Part shown: one piece after another, positions 1-12,667 of the stretch | Numbering within the stretch: position 1 is the first letter of the stretch | Layout: every line of letters starts with the position of its first letter | Origin: Gammaproteobacteria bacterium | GTDB lineage: Bacteria > Pseudomonadota > Gammaproteobacteria > Arenicellales > Poriferihabitantaceae | Reading direction: 5' to 3' | NCBI GenBank assembly: GCA_030432755.1 | Contig: JAUILZ010000001.1 | Coordinates: 203,388-267,387, forward strand | Length of the DNA stretch: 64,000 nt | Notes under the pieces: model-generated | What the model was told of the DNA's origin: nothing | Seen by the model: the letters and a program-made list of their open reading frames with translations, nothing else | Databases searched by the model: none | Position numbers and translations under genes: made by a program

Positions 1-195
1 CCTGCCGAGCTGGATTTCCGCGCGCCCGAAGTCGTATAGCGGCGCGGTATCAAAGGCGGTGATGCCTCGTGAAAATGCTTCCCTGAACAGCCGGATGCGC
101 TCTTCGTCCGTGCAGCGTTTCCGATCCATGGTCCCCAGGATCAGGGGACTCAAAACCAGATGACCCGACTTGTTCTGATGCGTGTCTGCGGACAT
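1..195 (-). CDS. aldo/keto reductase, N-terminal part (truncated by window edge)
   Basis: Minus-strand translation MSADTHQNKSGHLVLSPLILGTMDRKRC...FREAFSRGITAFDTAPLYDFGRAEIQLG matches the AKR N-terminus (FDTA..Y motif). Confidence 0.75.
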   Translation of the reverse strand, partial: MSADTHQNKSGHLVLSPLILGTMDRKRCTDEERIRLFREAFSRGITAFDTAPLYDFGRAEIQLGR

Positions 196-196
196 A

Positions 197-1414
197 TCAA
201 ATAATGGCGTGCTCAGCGAATGGTTCGCCTCTGGCAATGCGACCATACCCCAGTGGCGACAGGTCCAGGCTGCGGTATTCCCCGTATGTGATCCATTCCG
301 CCAGGCCGCGGCCCATCGCCGGCGCCTGCTGCAGGCCGTGGCCCGAGAAACCGTTGGCGAAAAGGAGGTTGCTCACCGTGTCATGGGGGCCGACGATGGC
401 GTTCTGGTCGAGGGTGTTGTAGGCATAGTGTCCGACCCAGCTGTTCACCAGTTTCACCGCCTCGAACTGCGGGATGCGATGGGCGATCAGCGGCCAGGCT
501 TTCTCCTCCCAGAGCGAATCGTCAGGGGTGAAGTCGTCGTAGTCCACGGCGACGTCGTCGTCGGGTGGGCAGCCTGCCATGTAGTACTGGCCATCGGATC
601 GAACGTGGGGGCCGGCGGGGTCGATGGTCAGCGGTAGCACGCGATCGAGGGGCCGGGCGGCATCGAAGACGAAGGTATGCCGCTTGCGTGGCTCCACCGG
701 GATCTCGATCCCTGCCATGCGCGCGGTGAGCAGCGCGCGGGGGCCGCTGGCGTTGATCACGGTGTTGCAGCCGACCCTCTCGCCACTCGTCAGGGTGACG
801 CTTTCCACTCGCTCGCCGGTGGCATCGCGCGACATCGAAACAACCGCGTTAGCGACGTATTCCACCCCGCGTTCGCGCGCCAGTCGGCGCCACCAGTCGA
901 ACAGCGCAGCGCCCTCGAAGTAGCCCTCGTCAACCGGGTTATGGCTACCGGCAACGATGCCGTCCAGGTTGAGGAACGGGTACTCGCGCGCGAGCTCGTC
1001 GCGATCGAGTATCCGGGTGCCCGCGCCGCAGGCGACCTGCAGCTCCTGGCTCGCTCGCAGCGCGGCGGCGGAGGGTTCGTCCGAAGCGAGGTAGAGATAG
1101 CCGAAACTCTGTAGCGTGATCCGGGGAACGCGCGCATCGCCGCCAAGGTATTCGCGGAAGTTGCGGACGTAGTCGGCGGCGAAGCGTGAGATGCGGATGT
1201 TGAGTTCGGTGGAGAACTGCTGTCGGATACAGCTATTCGTATGCGTAGTGGAGCAGAGCGCGTACGTCGGGTCCCGTTCCACCACCAGCACGCGTCCGTC
1301 GAAGTCGGCGTTGTCCGCGAGGAACCAGGCCGCGGCCGTGCCGTGCATGGCGCCGCCGACGATGACCACGTCATAGTGCGCATGTTTCGGGGTGTCGTGC
1401 CAGCCGGGGACCAT
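197..1414 (-). CDS. FAD-dependent oxidoreductase (DAO family)
   Basis: GxGxxG-like VVIVGGAMHGTAAAWFLA at the N-terminus; DAO-type C-terminus (NGFSGHGLQQAPAMG); start chosen at internal Met. Confidence 0.85.
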   Translation of the reverse strand: MVPGWHDTPKHAHYDVVIVGGAMHGTAAAWFLADNADFDGRVLVVERDPTYALCSTTHTNSCIRQQFSTELNIRISRFAADYVRNFREYLGGDARVPRITLQSFGYLYLASDEPSAAALRASQELQVACGAGTRILDRDELAREYPFLNLDGIVAGSHNPVDEGYFEGAALFDWWRRLARERGVEYVANAVVSMSRDATGERVESVTLTSGERVGCNTVINASGPRALLTARMAGIEIPVEPRKRHTFVFDAARPLDRVLPLTIDPAGPHVRSDGQYYMAGCPPDDDVAVDYDDFTPDDSLWEEKAWPLIAHRIPQFEAVKLVNSWVGHYAYNTLDQNAIVGPHDTVSNLLFANGFSGHGLQQAPAMGRGLAEWITYGEYRSLDLSPLGYGRIARGEPFAEHAII

Positions 1415-1540
1415 GGCGCGAGGGTATAGCGGATTGCGGTCGCGGTAAACGGTGAGCGAGTCCCTGGTTCGTTGGCGGGCGCCTTGCAATGCGGGCACGC
1501 CTGTTTGCTAGAATGAATTGCCCGTCCACGACCCGCCGCC

Positions 1541-2797
<1,257 letters not shown>

Positions 2798-2810
2798 GCC
2801 CGCTGATCCC

Positions 2811-4019
2811 GTGGCGCTGGAATCCCTGCTCAATGCCGAGGCGGTACGTGAACGCTGTCTTCGGATCGGCGCGGCAGTGGAATCGGGCGATGGCCGCTGG
2901 TTCCGCTACCGGCCGCAATGCCTGGCGTCGTGCGTCGAACGTGTGAGCACCGAGTGCCGCGCCAATTACCCGGATCTCGACATTCCCTTTCACAGCCGCT
3001 GGCGGCATTTCGTGGTGGACGGTGTCGACCTCTGGCAGCACTACCTGGAAGCTCGCCTGGTCGATGCGGACAGCGCAATCCTGGCGCGCAGCGCCATTGA
3101 CCTCGCCGTGCTGAGCGTGATCCTGGATGCCGGTGCTGGTGCCGACTGGCGCTACCGCGACCCGGTGACCGGCACGGTTCTCGCGCGTTCCGAGGGCCTC
3201 GCCGCGGCCACCGTGGACCTGTTCTTCAATTACCTCGGCCAGGACGACGGCGAGGGTGGGCTGGCGCTCACAGCGACCTCCCTGCTGCACGCCGATCAAT
3301 CAACCGTCGCTGAGGCGTTCCAGCACGATAGTGGTAACCAGCTCCTTGGACTCGCCGGACGCGTCGCCCTGTTACGCGGCCTTGGAAAACGGCTGCAAGA
3401 ACTGGCGCCCACCGGCATGACGCGCCCGGGCCATCTGTTCGACCGCCTTCAGGCCACTTCCCCGGCTGGAGAATTGCAAGCCGGTGCGGTACTCGAGGAG
3501 GTGCTTGCATGCTTCAACCCGATCTGGCCATCCGGACTGGAAGTGAATGGCACCGCGCTCGGCGACTGCGGCCGCCATGTATTGGTTGCCACGGACGACG
3601 ACACCAGTCAGCTGGTGCCGTTCCACAAGCTGTCCCAGTGGCTCAGCTATTCGTTACTGGAACCGCTGGCGGATGCAGGTCTGGATATTGTCGCCCACGA
3701 CCGGCTCACCGGCCTGCCGGAGTATCGCAACGGCGGACTCTTTCTCGACACCGGCGTGATCCTGCCCCACGATCCGGACCTGCTCATACAGACCCTGGCG
3801 CTCGATCACGAGGCGGTGGTGGAATGGCGTGCGCTTACGGTCTGGCTGCTCGACCGCGTTGCCGCGGGCGTGCGCGAGAACCTCGGCCGCAGCGAGACCG
3901 AACTGCCCCTCGCCAGCGTCCTCCAGGGCGGCACCTGGAGCGCGGGACGCAAGCTCGCGCAGGAAAAGCGCGGCGGCGAACCGCCCATCCACCTCGCCAT
4001 CGACGGCACGGTGTTCTAG
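2811..4019 (+). CDS. DUF1688 / Urc4-like protein
   Basis: Full-length ORF 13 bp after the Urc1-like gene; YPDLDIPFHSRWRHF...GVDLW region typical of the family. Confidence 0.75.
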   Translation: MALESLLNAEAVRERCLRIGAAVESGDGRWFRYRPQCLASCVERVSTECRANYPDLDIPFHSRWRHFVVDGVDLWQHYLEARLVDADSAILARSAIDLAVLSVILDAGAGADWRYRDPVTGTVLARSEGLAAATVDLFFNYLGQDDGEGGLALTATSLLHADQSTVAEAFQHDSGNQLLGLAGRVALLRGLGKRLQELAPTGMTRPGHLFDRLQATSPAGELQAGAVLEEVLACFNPIWPSGLEVNGTALGDCGRHVLVATDDDTSQLVPFHKLSQWLSYSLLEPLADAGLDIVAHDRLTGLPEYRNGGLFLDTGVILPHDPDLLIQTLALDHEAVVEWRALTVWLLDRVAAGVRENLGRSETELPLASVLQGGTWSAGRKLAQEKRGGEPPIHLAIDGTVF

Positions 4020-4038
4020 CAGTTCTCTAGGATCGCAA

Positions 4039-5529
4039 TCAGGCTGGCGTCGCCCGATCCATCGACCACGAGCGGAGCTGGTTGAACTGCTCCTTCATGG
4101 TGCGTGACAGTGGCACGATGCTGGAGGACTTGAGCGAGATATCCTGTTGGGTGAATGGCCGGCCGGCATTGAAGGCCTCGATGCGCGCGGCCTTCACAAC
4201 CTGCTCGATCTCCGCGCCGGACCAGCCCTTGGTGAGCAGGGTGAGCACGCCAAAGTCGAACTTCTTCGCCTCGCCGCCCGCGGCGGCGATATGGATACGG
4301 AAGATCTCCTCGCGCGCGCGTTCATCGGGCAGGTCGATGAAGAATACCTGGTCGAAGCGACCCTTGCGGATCATCTCCGCTGGGAGCTTGTTGATGCGGT
4401 TGGCGGTGGCGGCGACGAACAGGCCCGGGGGCTTTTCCTGCATCCAGGTGAGGAAGCTCGAGAACACGTTGACGTTGCGACCGGCGGCCTTGTCATCGTC
4501 GTAGCCGAAGCTGTTCTCCATCTCGTCGATCCAGAGCACTACCGGCGAGATGCTTTCGGCGATGCGGGTCGCGCGGTCGAAGGCGTATTCCGGCGGGCCG
4601 TATACACCGGACAGCACGAGGTTCATGTCGAGGCGCACCAGCTGCAGGTCCCAGGCCGAGGCGATGGTCTTGGCGGCGAGGCTCTTGCCACAGCCGCTGA
4701 TGCCCATGAAAAGCACCCCCGTGGGCAGCGGCACACCCTGGTCCTGGGCCTCCTTGCCCAGCAGGCGCTTGCGTGAGCTTACCCATTCCTTGAGCCGGTA
4801 CAGGCCGCCGATGGAATCGATGTCGAAGCGGTTCGGTATCACGCGCAGGCAGCTTTCCTTGAGCAGCATCTGCGCCTTTTCCTCGTAGCTTTCCTCGAGC
4901 GCGTGATTCAGGTCGAAATCACCCCGCGTGCGCAGTCGCTGGAAGAGGTGGCGGATCTCGCTCATGGACAGTCCGCGCAAGCTCTGGGTGAAGCGCCGCA
5001 GCCAGCGGCTGTCGACGCGGATCTCGCCGCCCGAGGCATTGATGACGCCGGCAAGGTAGTTGTATACCTCGCGGTCCGTGGGCAGACCAAGCTCGGTGAC
5101 GAAAAGCTCCTTCTTCAGCTCCTCCGGTACCTTGGGCTCGGGATAGGAGAAGAACACCATCAGGTCGCGGCCGCTGGCCTGGTAATAGAAGTCCCGTAGC
5201 GAGCGGATCAGCAGGGGATTGCCCTCGAACTGGGACGGCAGGTCCTTCATCAGGAAGAAGCCGCTCTCGCCGCGCCCGAGAATCCAGGTCAGCGCGGCGA
5301 CCGGGTCCCGCAGGGCGGGATCGCCCGCGCCTTCCATGTCGAAACCCGCGGCGGTGGTCCAGCTATGGAAATGACGGTCGTCGCCGAAATGCGCCTTGGC
5401 GGCTTCAGCGATATATCCGGCGATCCGCTCCTCCTCGGCGCCGATGGTGAACACCAGCGGATAGCGCGAATCCACCGCCTTCTGGATATCGTCGGCAAAC
5501 TTTACCGGTTTGCCACTAGCCTGCGCCAT
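4039..5529 (-). CDS. AAA+ family ATPase (Ycf46-like)
   Basis: Walker A GISGCGKSLAAKT, Walker B VVLWIDEMENSF, ATANRINKLPAEMIRKGRFD. Confidence 0.85.
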   Translation of the reverse strand: MAQASGKPVKFADDIQKAVDSRYPLVFTIGAEEERIAGYIAEAAKAHFGDDRHFHSWTTAAGFDMEGAGDPALRDPVAALTWILGRGESGFFLMKDLPSQFEGNPLLIRSLRDFYYQASGRDLMVFFSYPEPKVPEELKKELFVTELGLPTDREVYNYLAGVINASGGEIRVDSRWLRRFTQSLRGLSMSEIRHLFQRLRTRGDFDLNHALEESYEEKAQMLLKESCLRVIPNRFDIDSIGGLYRLKEWVSSRKRLLGKEAQDQGVPLPTGVLFMGISGCGKSLAAKTIASAWDLQLVRLDMNLVLSGVYGPPEYAFDRATRIAESISPVVLWIDEMENSFGYDDDKAAGRNVNVFSSFLTWMQEKPPGLFVAATANRINKLPAEMIRKGRFDQVFFIDLPDERAREEIFRIHIAAAGGEAKKFDFGVLTLLTKGWSGAEIEQVVKAARIEAFNAGRPFTQQDISLKSSSIVPLSRTMKEQFNQLRSWSMDRATPA

Positions 5530-5621
5530 GCCCGCCCCTTCCTGTTCTATTTGTCATAAGGCTATTGTGACACGAATCATGTTTTCCGAACCTCGATCAC
5601 TGCACTAGCGTGGAAACGGAT

Positions 5622-6065
5622 TCAGGCGCGCTCATCCTTGGCCGAATCCATGACGATATAGGAGGTGACTCCGCGCACCTTGGGCAGGGCACCGAGTACA
5701 TCGGTATGGAATCGCTTGTAGGCCGGGAGGTCGGCCACCTCGACGCGCAGCAGGTATTCCACCGACCCCGTGATCTGGTGGCATTCCTTGACCTGGCGCG
5801 CGGCGCTGACGCCCTTCTCGAATGCCTCCAGGCTGGCGCGCGCGTGATCCGCCAGGGAGATTGCCACGTAGACGATGAACCCTTCGTCCACCTGGTCGCG
5901 GTCGATCACCGCGCGATAGCCGCGAATCACGCCCTGGCGTTCGAGTTCCTGCACCCGCCGCAGGCAGGCCGACACGGAAAGCCCGACGCGTGACGCAAGC
6001 TCCGTGTTGCTGATACGACCATCGTTGCGAAGGACCTGGAGAATCTTCTGGTTTGTTCTGTCCAT
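5622..6065 (-). CDS. Lrp/AsnC family transcriptional regulator
   Basis: MDRTNQKILQVLRNDGRISNTELASRVGLSVSACLRRVQELERQGVI HTH plus RAM domain; start trimmed from longer ORF. Confidence 0.92.
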   Translation of the reverse strand: MDRTNQKILQVLRNDGRISNTELASRVGLSVSACLRRVQELERQGVIRGYRAVIDRDQVDEGFIVYVAISLADHARASLEAFEKGVSAARQVKECHQITGSVEYLLRVEVADLPAYKRFHTDVLGALPKVRGVTSYIVMDSAKDERA

Positions 6066-6146
6066 GCGCAATATTATTGCGCAGAGTGTCGGTATTAACA
6101 AATAATTTGCAAAATTATTGCGCTGAAACGGGCGTATCTTTGTGCC

Positions 6147-6749
6147 ATGGAACAGGAAGTACTTGTCGCACTCGTGGCCTTCGCCTTCGTGTCCTCGGTA
6201 ACGCCGGGGCCGAACAATCTCATGCTCATGGCCTCCGGCACCAACTTCGGCATCGCGCGCACGGTGCCCCACATGCTCGGGGTGGGCATCGGCTTCAGTG
6301 TCATGGTGGCGCTGGTGGGCGCGGGACTGATGCAGGTTTTCGATGCCTGGCCGGTCAGCCACACCATCCTGCGCGTGGTCAGCGTGTTTTACCTCGGCTG
6401 GCTGGCGTGGAAGGTCGCCACCGCCAGGCCGCCCGAGGGCGCCGATGCAGCCAACCAGGGCAAACCGTTCACCTTCCTCCAGGCGGCGGCATTCCAGTGG
6501 GTCAACCCCAAGGCATGGGCGATGGCCCTGACCGCCATCAGCGCCTACACCCCGGAACACCACCCCATTGGCAGCGTGCTCGTCGTCGCCCTGGCGTTCG
6601 GCATCGTGAACATTCCCAGCATCAGTATCTGGGTGGTGATCGGCAGCCAGCTGCGCCGCCTGCTGCGTGACCCGCTAAGATTGCGCCTGTTCAACTGGGC
6701 GATGGCGGTCCTGCTGCTGGGATCGCTCTACCCGGTACTCTTTAACTGA
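6147..6749 (+). CDS. LysE/RhtB family amino acid exporter
   Basis: FAFVSSVTPGPNNLMLMASG motif, 200 aa, multiple TM segments, divergent from the Lrp gene. Confidence 0.9.
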   Translation: MEQEVLVALVAFAFVSSVTPGPNNLMLMASGTNFGIARTVPHMLGVGIGFSVMVALVGAGLMQVFDAWPVSHTILRVVSVFYLGWLAWKVATARPPEGADAANQGKPFTFLQAAAFQWVNPKAWAMALTAISAYTPEHHPIGSVLVVALAFGIVNIPSISIWVVIGSQLRRLLRDPLRLRLFNWAMAVLLLGSLYPVLFN

Positions 6750-6765
6750 CCAGGAGGGTGACCGG

Positions 6766-7458
6766 ATGCGGGAAAAAGTGGTGGTGTTCACCGGCGCCGG
6801 GGTGAGCGCGGAAAGTGGCCTCGGCACGTTTCGTGACGCCGGTGGCCTGTGGCACGAACACTCGGTATACGACGTCGCCACCCCTGAGGCTTTCGCCCGG
6901 AATCCCGAACTCGTGCTTTCCTTCTATAACGAGCGTCGCAGCAAGGCGGCCGCCGCCGAGCCGAACGCTGGTCATCGCGCCATCGCCGAACTTGAGCAGG
7001 GTTTCGATGTGGTGGTGGTGACCCAGAACGTGGACGACCTGCATGAACGCGCCGGGTCTTCGCGCGTCATCCACCTGCATGGCAAGCTGCGCGAGGCCCG
7101 CGGCAGCGATCATCCCGAAGCGGTGCGGGACATCGGCGCCGAACCGATCAACCTCGGTGATCTGTGTGAGCGTGGTAGCCAGCTCCGTCCCAACGTGGTC
7201 TGGTTCGGCGAGGAGATTCACCACGTGGATGCCGCGGTGCGGGAGATCCGCGCCGCCGACCGGTTGCTCGTGGTCGGCACCTCGCTGTCGGTCTATCCCG
7301 CCGCAGGACTGCTCGGCGACGCCTGGAACGCGCGCGAGAAGGTGATCGTCACCCTGGATCTCGACGACCCACCACGCGGTTACGAGTGGCGTCGGGGCAA
7401 GTCAGCGGAATTGCTGCCGGGGCTGGTGGCAGAGTGGCTCGCCTTTCCACCGGGTTGA
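6766..7458 (+). CDS. cobB: Sir2 family NAD-dependent protein deacylase
   Basis: FTGAGVSAESGLGTFRDAGGLW, TQNVDDLHERAG, HLHGKL, PNVVWFGE. Confidence 0.9.
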   Translation: MREKVVVFTGAGVSAESGLGTFRDAGGLWHEHSVYDVATPEAFARNPELVLSFYNERRSKAAAAEPNAGHRAIAELEQGFDVVVVTQNVDDLHERAGSSRVIHLHGKLREARGSDHPEAVRDIGAEPINLGDLCERGSQLRPNVVWFGEEIHHVDAAVREIRAADRLLVVGTSLSVYPAAGLLGDAWNAREKVIVTLDLDDPPRGYEWRRGKSAELLPGLVAEWLAFPPG

Positions 7459-7479
7459 TTCACCCGGGCACCCTGCGGT

Positions 7480-8820
<1,341 letters not shown>

Positions 8821-8942
8821 TCAGTATCAGCTTCGAATGCGGTCAGCCGAAGGCGATGCGCTGCCGTCGGGCCGGACGCGAGCCCCGCCGTGATCAGGCC
8901 GGAGAAAAGGATAGGCCGTGATTTCACGGCTGTGCTTCCGGT

Positions 8943-10175
8943 TCAGAGTTTCTCCGCCACTCGCGTCCTCGTGGGATTGACCTTCGCGCGGAAGTCATCG
9001 CCGACGAGGCTGCCACCGCAGACCCCGTCGTGGTCGTCCAGGTCGAGCACGGGGTCGAGGCCCGTGGGGTCGCCGTAGTAATGACCATCGGGACGCAGCG
9101 TGGTGCCGCTGTTGTTTTCGATCCCGCAGCCTGCGCCACTGGCGAAGCTGTTGTTGCGGCGGAACGTCTCGACGTCGGTGGTCGGGGTCAGGGTGAAACC
9201 GATGTCGTTGCTGACCGCGGTATTGCTGTCCACCCGCGCGGCGACCAGGTCGTCGAGGAAAAAGCCGCTGAAATCGTTGAACACCGCCAGGTTGTGGCGG
9301 ATCACCGGCGCCTGGAAAGTGTCCACTTGGTCGAAGTCGAAGCCGTAATTGTGATTCAGCAGGGCGACGTTGCCCTGGCTGTTGCTGCCGTCGGCGTCCA
9401 GCAGGGTGAAGCCGTTGTCGTCGTTGAACTCGCTGACGTTGTCCTTGAGGCGCGCGAACTCGCTGTTGTTGTCCAGCAGGAAGCCGGCGCTGGAGTTGTA
9501 GGCGGACACGTTGCGCTGGAACACCAGTCGGTCGCTGTTGGCGATTTCGTACCCGTCGCTGCCATTGTCACGCGCCAGGTTGTCGCGGAAGATGCCGTCG
9601 TCACAGTGCTCGCAGCCGATGCCGACGTTGTCGTTGAGCTCGGCGACGTTATAACGCGCCTGGACGCGCTCGCCGGACAGGTAGATGCCCCAGAAGCTGA
9701 GAATGGCACGGTTGCCTTCCACCCGTATTTTCTCGGTGCCCGCCACGGTGACCACGATCGCACCGTAGCCCGCGCTGTCCGCGCCGCCCACGGTGAATCC
9801 CTTGCCTCGTTTGCCGATGCGCACCCTGGATTGGCGGATGTCGATGCCGTGGGTGTTTACCAGGGTGGTGCGGATCACCGTGGCATGCATCCCGTTCGTG
9901 GACTCGAGCTTGAGCCCCTCGAGGTCCTGTCCGCCGGCGTTCTGGTGGATGACGACGTTCTCCTCGTAGTATCCCGGGCCGACCAGTACGCGGTCATTGG
10001 GACCGGAGCGTTGGGTGATGGCATACTGGATGCTGGCGCAGGGGGAGGGCTTGCTGCCGCAGTCGGGCGTGTCCTCGCCCCATTTATCCACCCGGACGGT
10101 GGCGCCGTGGACGATGCCGCTCCCGGCGATGGCCGCGAGCAGCGCGATGCTGTTGATGATGGTCCTGGTTGCCAT
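8943..10175 (-). CDS. secreted right-handed parallel beta-helix protein (paralog 1)
   Basis: Signal peptide; TVRVDKWGEDTPDCGSKPSPCASIQYA head; repeated V..N.A..N...G beta-helix coils. Confidence 0.85.
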   Translation of the reverse strand: MATRTIINSIALLAAIAGSGIVHGATVRVDKWGEDTPDCGSKPSPCASIQYAITQRSGPNDRVLVGPGYYEENVVIHQNAGGQDLEGLKLESTNGMHATVIRTTLVNTHGIDIRQSRVRIGKRGKGFTVGGADSAGYGAIVVTVAGTEKIRVEGNRAILSFWGIYLSGERVQARYNVAELNDNVGIGCEHCDDGIFRDNLARDNGSDGYEIANSDRLVFQRNVSAYNSSAGFLLDNNSEFARLKDNVSEFNDDNGFTLLDADGSNSQGNVALLNHNYGFDFDQVDTFQAPVIRHNLAVFNDFSGFFLDDLVAARVDSNTAVSNDIGFTLTPTTDVETFRRNNSFASGAGCGIENNSGTTLRPDGHYYGDPTGLDPVLDLDDHDGVCGGSLVGDDFRAKVNPTRTRVAEKL

Positions 10176-10390
10176 GGAATGCTCCTGTCATGTCTGGTGG
10201 ATGTCGACGGTGACTCCGGGTTGGCGGATCGCCGCTGGCACGAACCGTGCCTCTGACACGTGGTCGGCGGGAAATTCGTTCCGGTTCAAGGGAAACGCCC
10301 GGTAATTCGTCACAATCCGGTGACATGCCCGTGGCGCGGGATACCGTGCCGCGGGCGCCGGGCCCTGGAGAGGGCCTGACAATCGGTGAA

Positions 10391-11644
10391 TCAGAGGCGC
10401 GAGGCGCGCTTCGCCTGGAAATTGTGGACACGCGTGGCGTGGCTCCCAGCCGACGGGTCCGGCCCGCACAGCGCATCGTGTCCGTCGAGGTCGACGGCGC
10501 CATCGGGACCGCTGGCGGCGCCGAAATAGTGCCTGTCGTATTCGAGCAGGATGCCCGACGCGTTGATGACGCCGCAGCCGGACTGGTTGGCGAAGGTGTC
10601 GTTGCGGCTGAACGTTTCCATGCCAGCCCCGGGCACCAGGCCCGCGCCGACGGCATTGCCCGTCATGGTGTTGGCCTCGAATCGTCCGCCGGAGAACCCA
10701 TCCAGGACGAAACCCACGGTGCCGTTGGCGACCGCGGCGTTGCCACGCATCACCGCGGTCTCGTTGAAGCTGGCCTGCAGGAGGTTGAAGCCGTTACTGA
10801 TGTTGGAGAAGGCGATATTTCGCTGGAGCACGTTGCCGCCCATGTCGTGGATCTCGAAGCCGTTGTCCGTGTTGAACTCGGCCACGTTGTCCTGAAATCG
10901 CGAGCGTTCGTCGATACCGCTGATGAGAAAGCCGCTGGTGGTGTTGTGCGCCGAGACATTGCGTTGAATTACGGACTTTTCAGACCCGACTACCACGATG
11001 CCGTAATCGCCGTTGCGTGCAACATTATCGCGGATCACCGCGGAGATACAGGATTCGCAGGCGATACCCGCGGTGTCGATCCCCTCCGATACGTTATAGC
11101 GAATGACCGGTCGCTCGCCGCGTACCATGATCCCGCGATCACTGCGGAGTACGCGATTGCCTTCCACGCGCACATTGGGTTGTCCGGGCAATTCGACCTC
11201 GATAGCGGAGTAGCCTGGCGAGGTAGCGCCCTCCACGGTGAATCCACGTCCCTTGCGGCCGACACGCACGCCGGGTGCGGCAACCAGGACGCCGTGCTGG
11301 TTTGCAGCGGTGATATTGATCAGCGTGGCATGCATGCCAGCAGTGGATTCGAGGCGTAGCGCGGCAAGCAGTTCGCCACCGGCGTTGGTCTCGATGGTCA
11401 CGGCTTCCTCGTACCGTCCAGGACCCACCAGTACACGGTCTCGCGCACCCGCGCGCTGATCCAGTGCGTACTGGATGGTTTCGCACGGCGTATTACGGCT
11501 GCCACAGTCGGCAGTGTCTTCTCCCCATTTTTCCACCCGCAGCGTTGCGGCATGAGCGCCCTGCAGGGCTGCCAATACGGTCAGAATCGCCGCGGCGAAC
11601 TTGCGTTGGTTATTCACGGTTGTCTCCTTCGTTCCGGTTTGCAT
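10391..11644 (-). CDS. secreted right-handed parallel beta-helix protein (paralog 2)
   Basis: Signal peptide; TLRVEKWGEDTADCGSRNTPCETIQYA head; coil repeats; FQAKRASRL tail. Confidence 0.85.
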   Translation of the reverse strand: MQTGTKETTVNNQRKFAAAILTVLAALQGAHAATLRVEKWGEDTADCGSRNTPCETIQYALDQRAGARDRVLVGPGRYEEAVTIETNAGGELLAALRLESTAGMHATLINITAANQHGVLVAAPGVRVGRKGRGFTVEGATSPGYSAIEVELPGQPNVRVEGNRVLRSDRGIMVRGERPVIRYNVSEGIDTAGIACESCISAVIRDNVARNGDYGIVVVGSEKSVIQRNVSAHNTTSGFLISGIDERSRFQDNVAEFNTDNGFEIHDMGGNVLQRNIAFSNISNGFNLLQASFNETAVMRGNAAVANGTVGFVLDGFSGGRFEANTMTGNAVGAGLVPGAGMETFSRNDTFANQSGCGVINASGILLEYDRHYFGAASGPDGAVDLDGHDALCGPDPSAGSHATRVHNFQAKRASRL

Positions 11645-11747
11645 TTGGCGCGCGCACGGGTGACGCGGCGCGCCCGAATGACCGGTGGTCGGAGGGGTGA
11701 GGAAAACGGTTCAATCCGATGCGAAGGGTTCCCTCGTGACGACTATG

Positions 11748-12632
11748 TCAGTTTCGCGGTGCAGGCGCGCGCAACGAAGTCCAGACCCCGCCAAGCACGA
11801 GCGCTACCGCCAGGAAAAACCCCCCGCCCATGTGCTCGTCGAGCAGCCATGCGGCGAGGATCACCCCGGATACCGGTTGCAGGAACTGCATCGTGCCGAG
11901 CCGCGCGATGCCGCCCCTGCCCAGCGCCCAGTACCACAGCACATAGCCACCGATGGTGACCGCGAGGGCCTGGTAGAGGAGCGCGGTCCATGCACGCGTG
12001 GATACCGCGAGCACACTCGCGTCGGGTATGAGCACCGGCGCTAGCGGCAATAGCAGGAGGGCGGTGAGACCGGCGCCCCAGAAGGTGCAGGAACTGGCGG
12101 GATAACCACGTTGCTGCAGCCTGGCCCCGGCGACGTAGCCGAGGGACGCGAACAGGTTTCCTGCCAGCACGAGCAGATCGCCCTCGAGGCTGCTCACGGC
12201 GCCGCCGCTGCCCCCGCGGCCAAGGATCAGCAGGGCCTCGCCGGTCATCGTCACGACGACTCCAAGCCACCAGGCGCGATGGGGCCAGGTCCGGTCCCAG
12301 GTATTGGCGATGGCCGCGGTGAATATCGGTAACGCGGCGAGAATGATGGAGGCGTGGTTTGCCGATGTGCGCGCCAGACCGAGGGAGAACAGCAGTGGAA
12401 AGCCGATGAATCCACAGGCCGCCGAGATCGCCAGCAGGCGGCGCTGCTCGCGGTTGCCGGGCAGGGGAAATCGGAGCAGCAGCGCGAGACCGAGCGCAGC
12501 AAGGCCACCGATCAGGGTGCGCAGCAGCGCGACGACGACGGCGTCGATTTCCATCACCGCGATTCGGGTAGCCACCGGCGAGGCACCCCAGAGGACGACC
12601 GCGAGCAGCGCGGCGAGGTAGATCGGCAGCAT
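11748..12632 (-). CDS. EamA/DMT family transporter
   Basis: MLPIYLAALLAVVLWGASPVATRIAV; duplicated EamA hydrophobic pattern. Confidence 0.88.
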   Translation of the reverse strand: MLPIYLAALLAVVLWGASPVATRIAVMEIDAVVVALLRTLIGGLAALGLALLLRFPLPGNREQRRLLAISAACGFIGFPLLFSLGLARTSANHASIILAALPIFTAAIANTWDRTWPHRAWWLGVVVTMTGEALLILGRGGSGGAVSSLEGDLLVLAGNLFASLGYVAGARLQQRGYPASSCTFWGAGLTALLLLPLAPVLIPDASVLAVSTRAWTALLYQALAVTIGGYVLWYWALGRGGIARLGTMQFLQPVSGVILAAWLLDEHMGGGFFLAVALVLGGVWTSLRAPAPRN

Positions 12633-12667
12633 GGGTCGCTACTGTCGGCGGCTGCCTGTGAAGTGGC

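Noticed and set aside
9360-9600. Possible tandem DNA repeats inside beta-helix paralog 1
   Set aside because: Explained by the periodic protein coils; nucleotide identity between units is low.
9030-10256. 408-aa plus-strand ORF opposite beta-helix paralog 1
   Set aside because: Val/Ala/Glu-rich antisense artefact; minus-strand frame has signal peptide and repeats.
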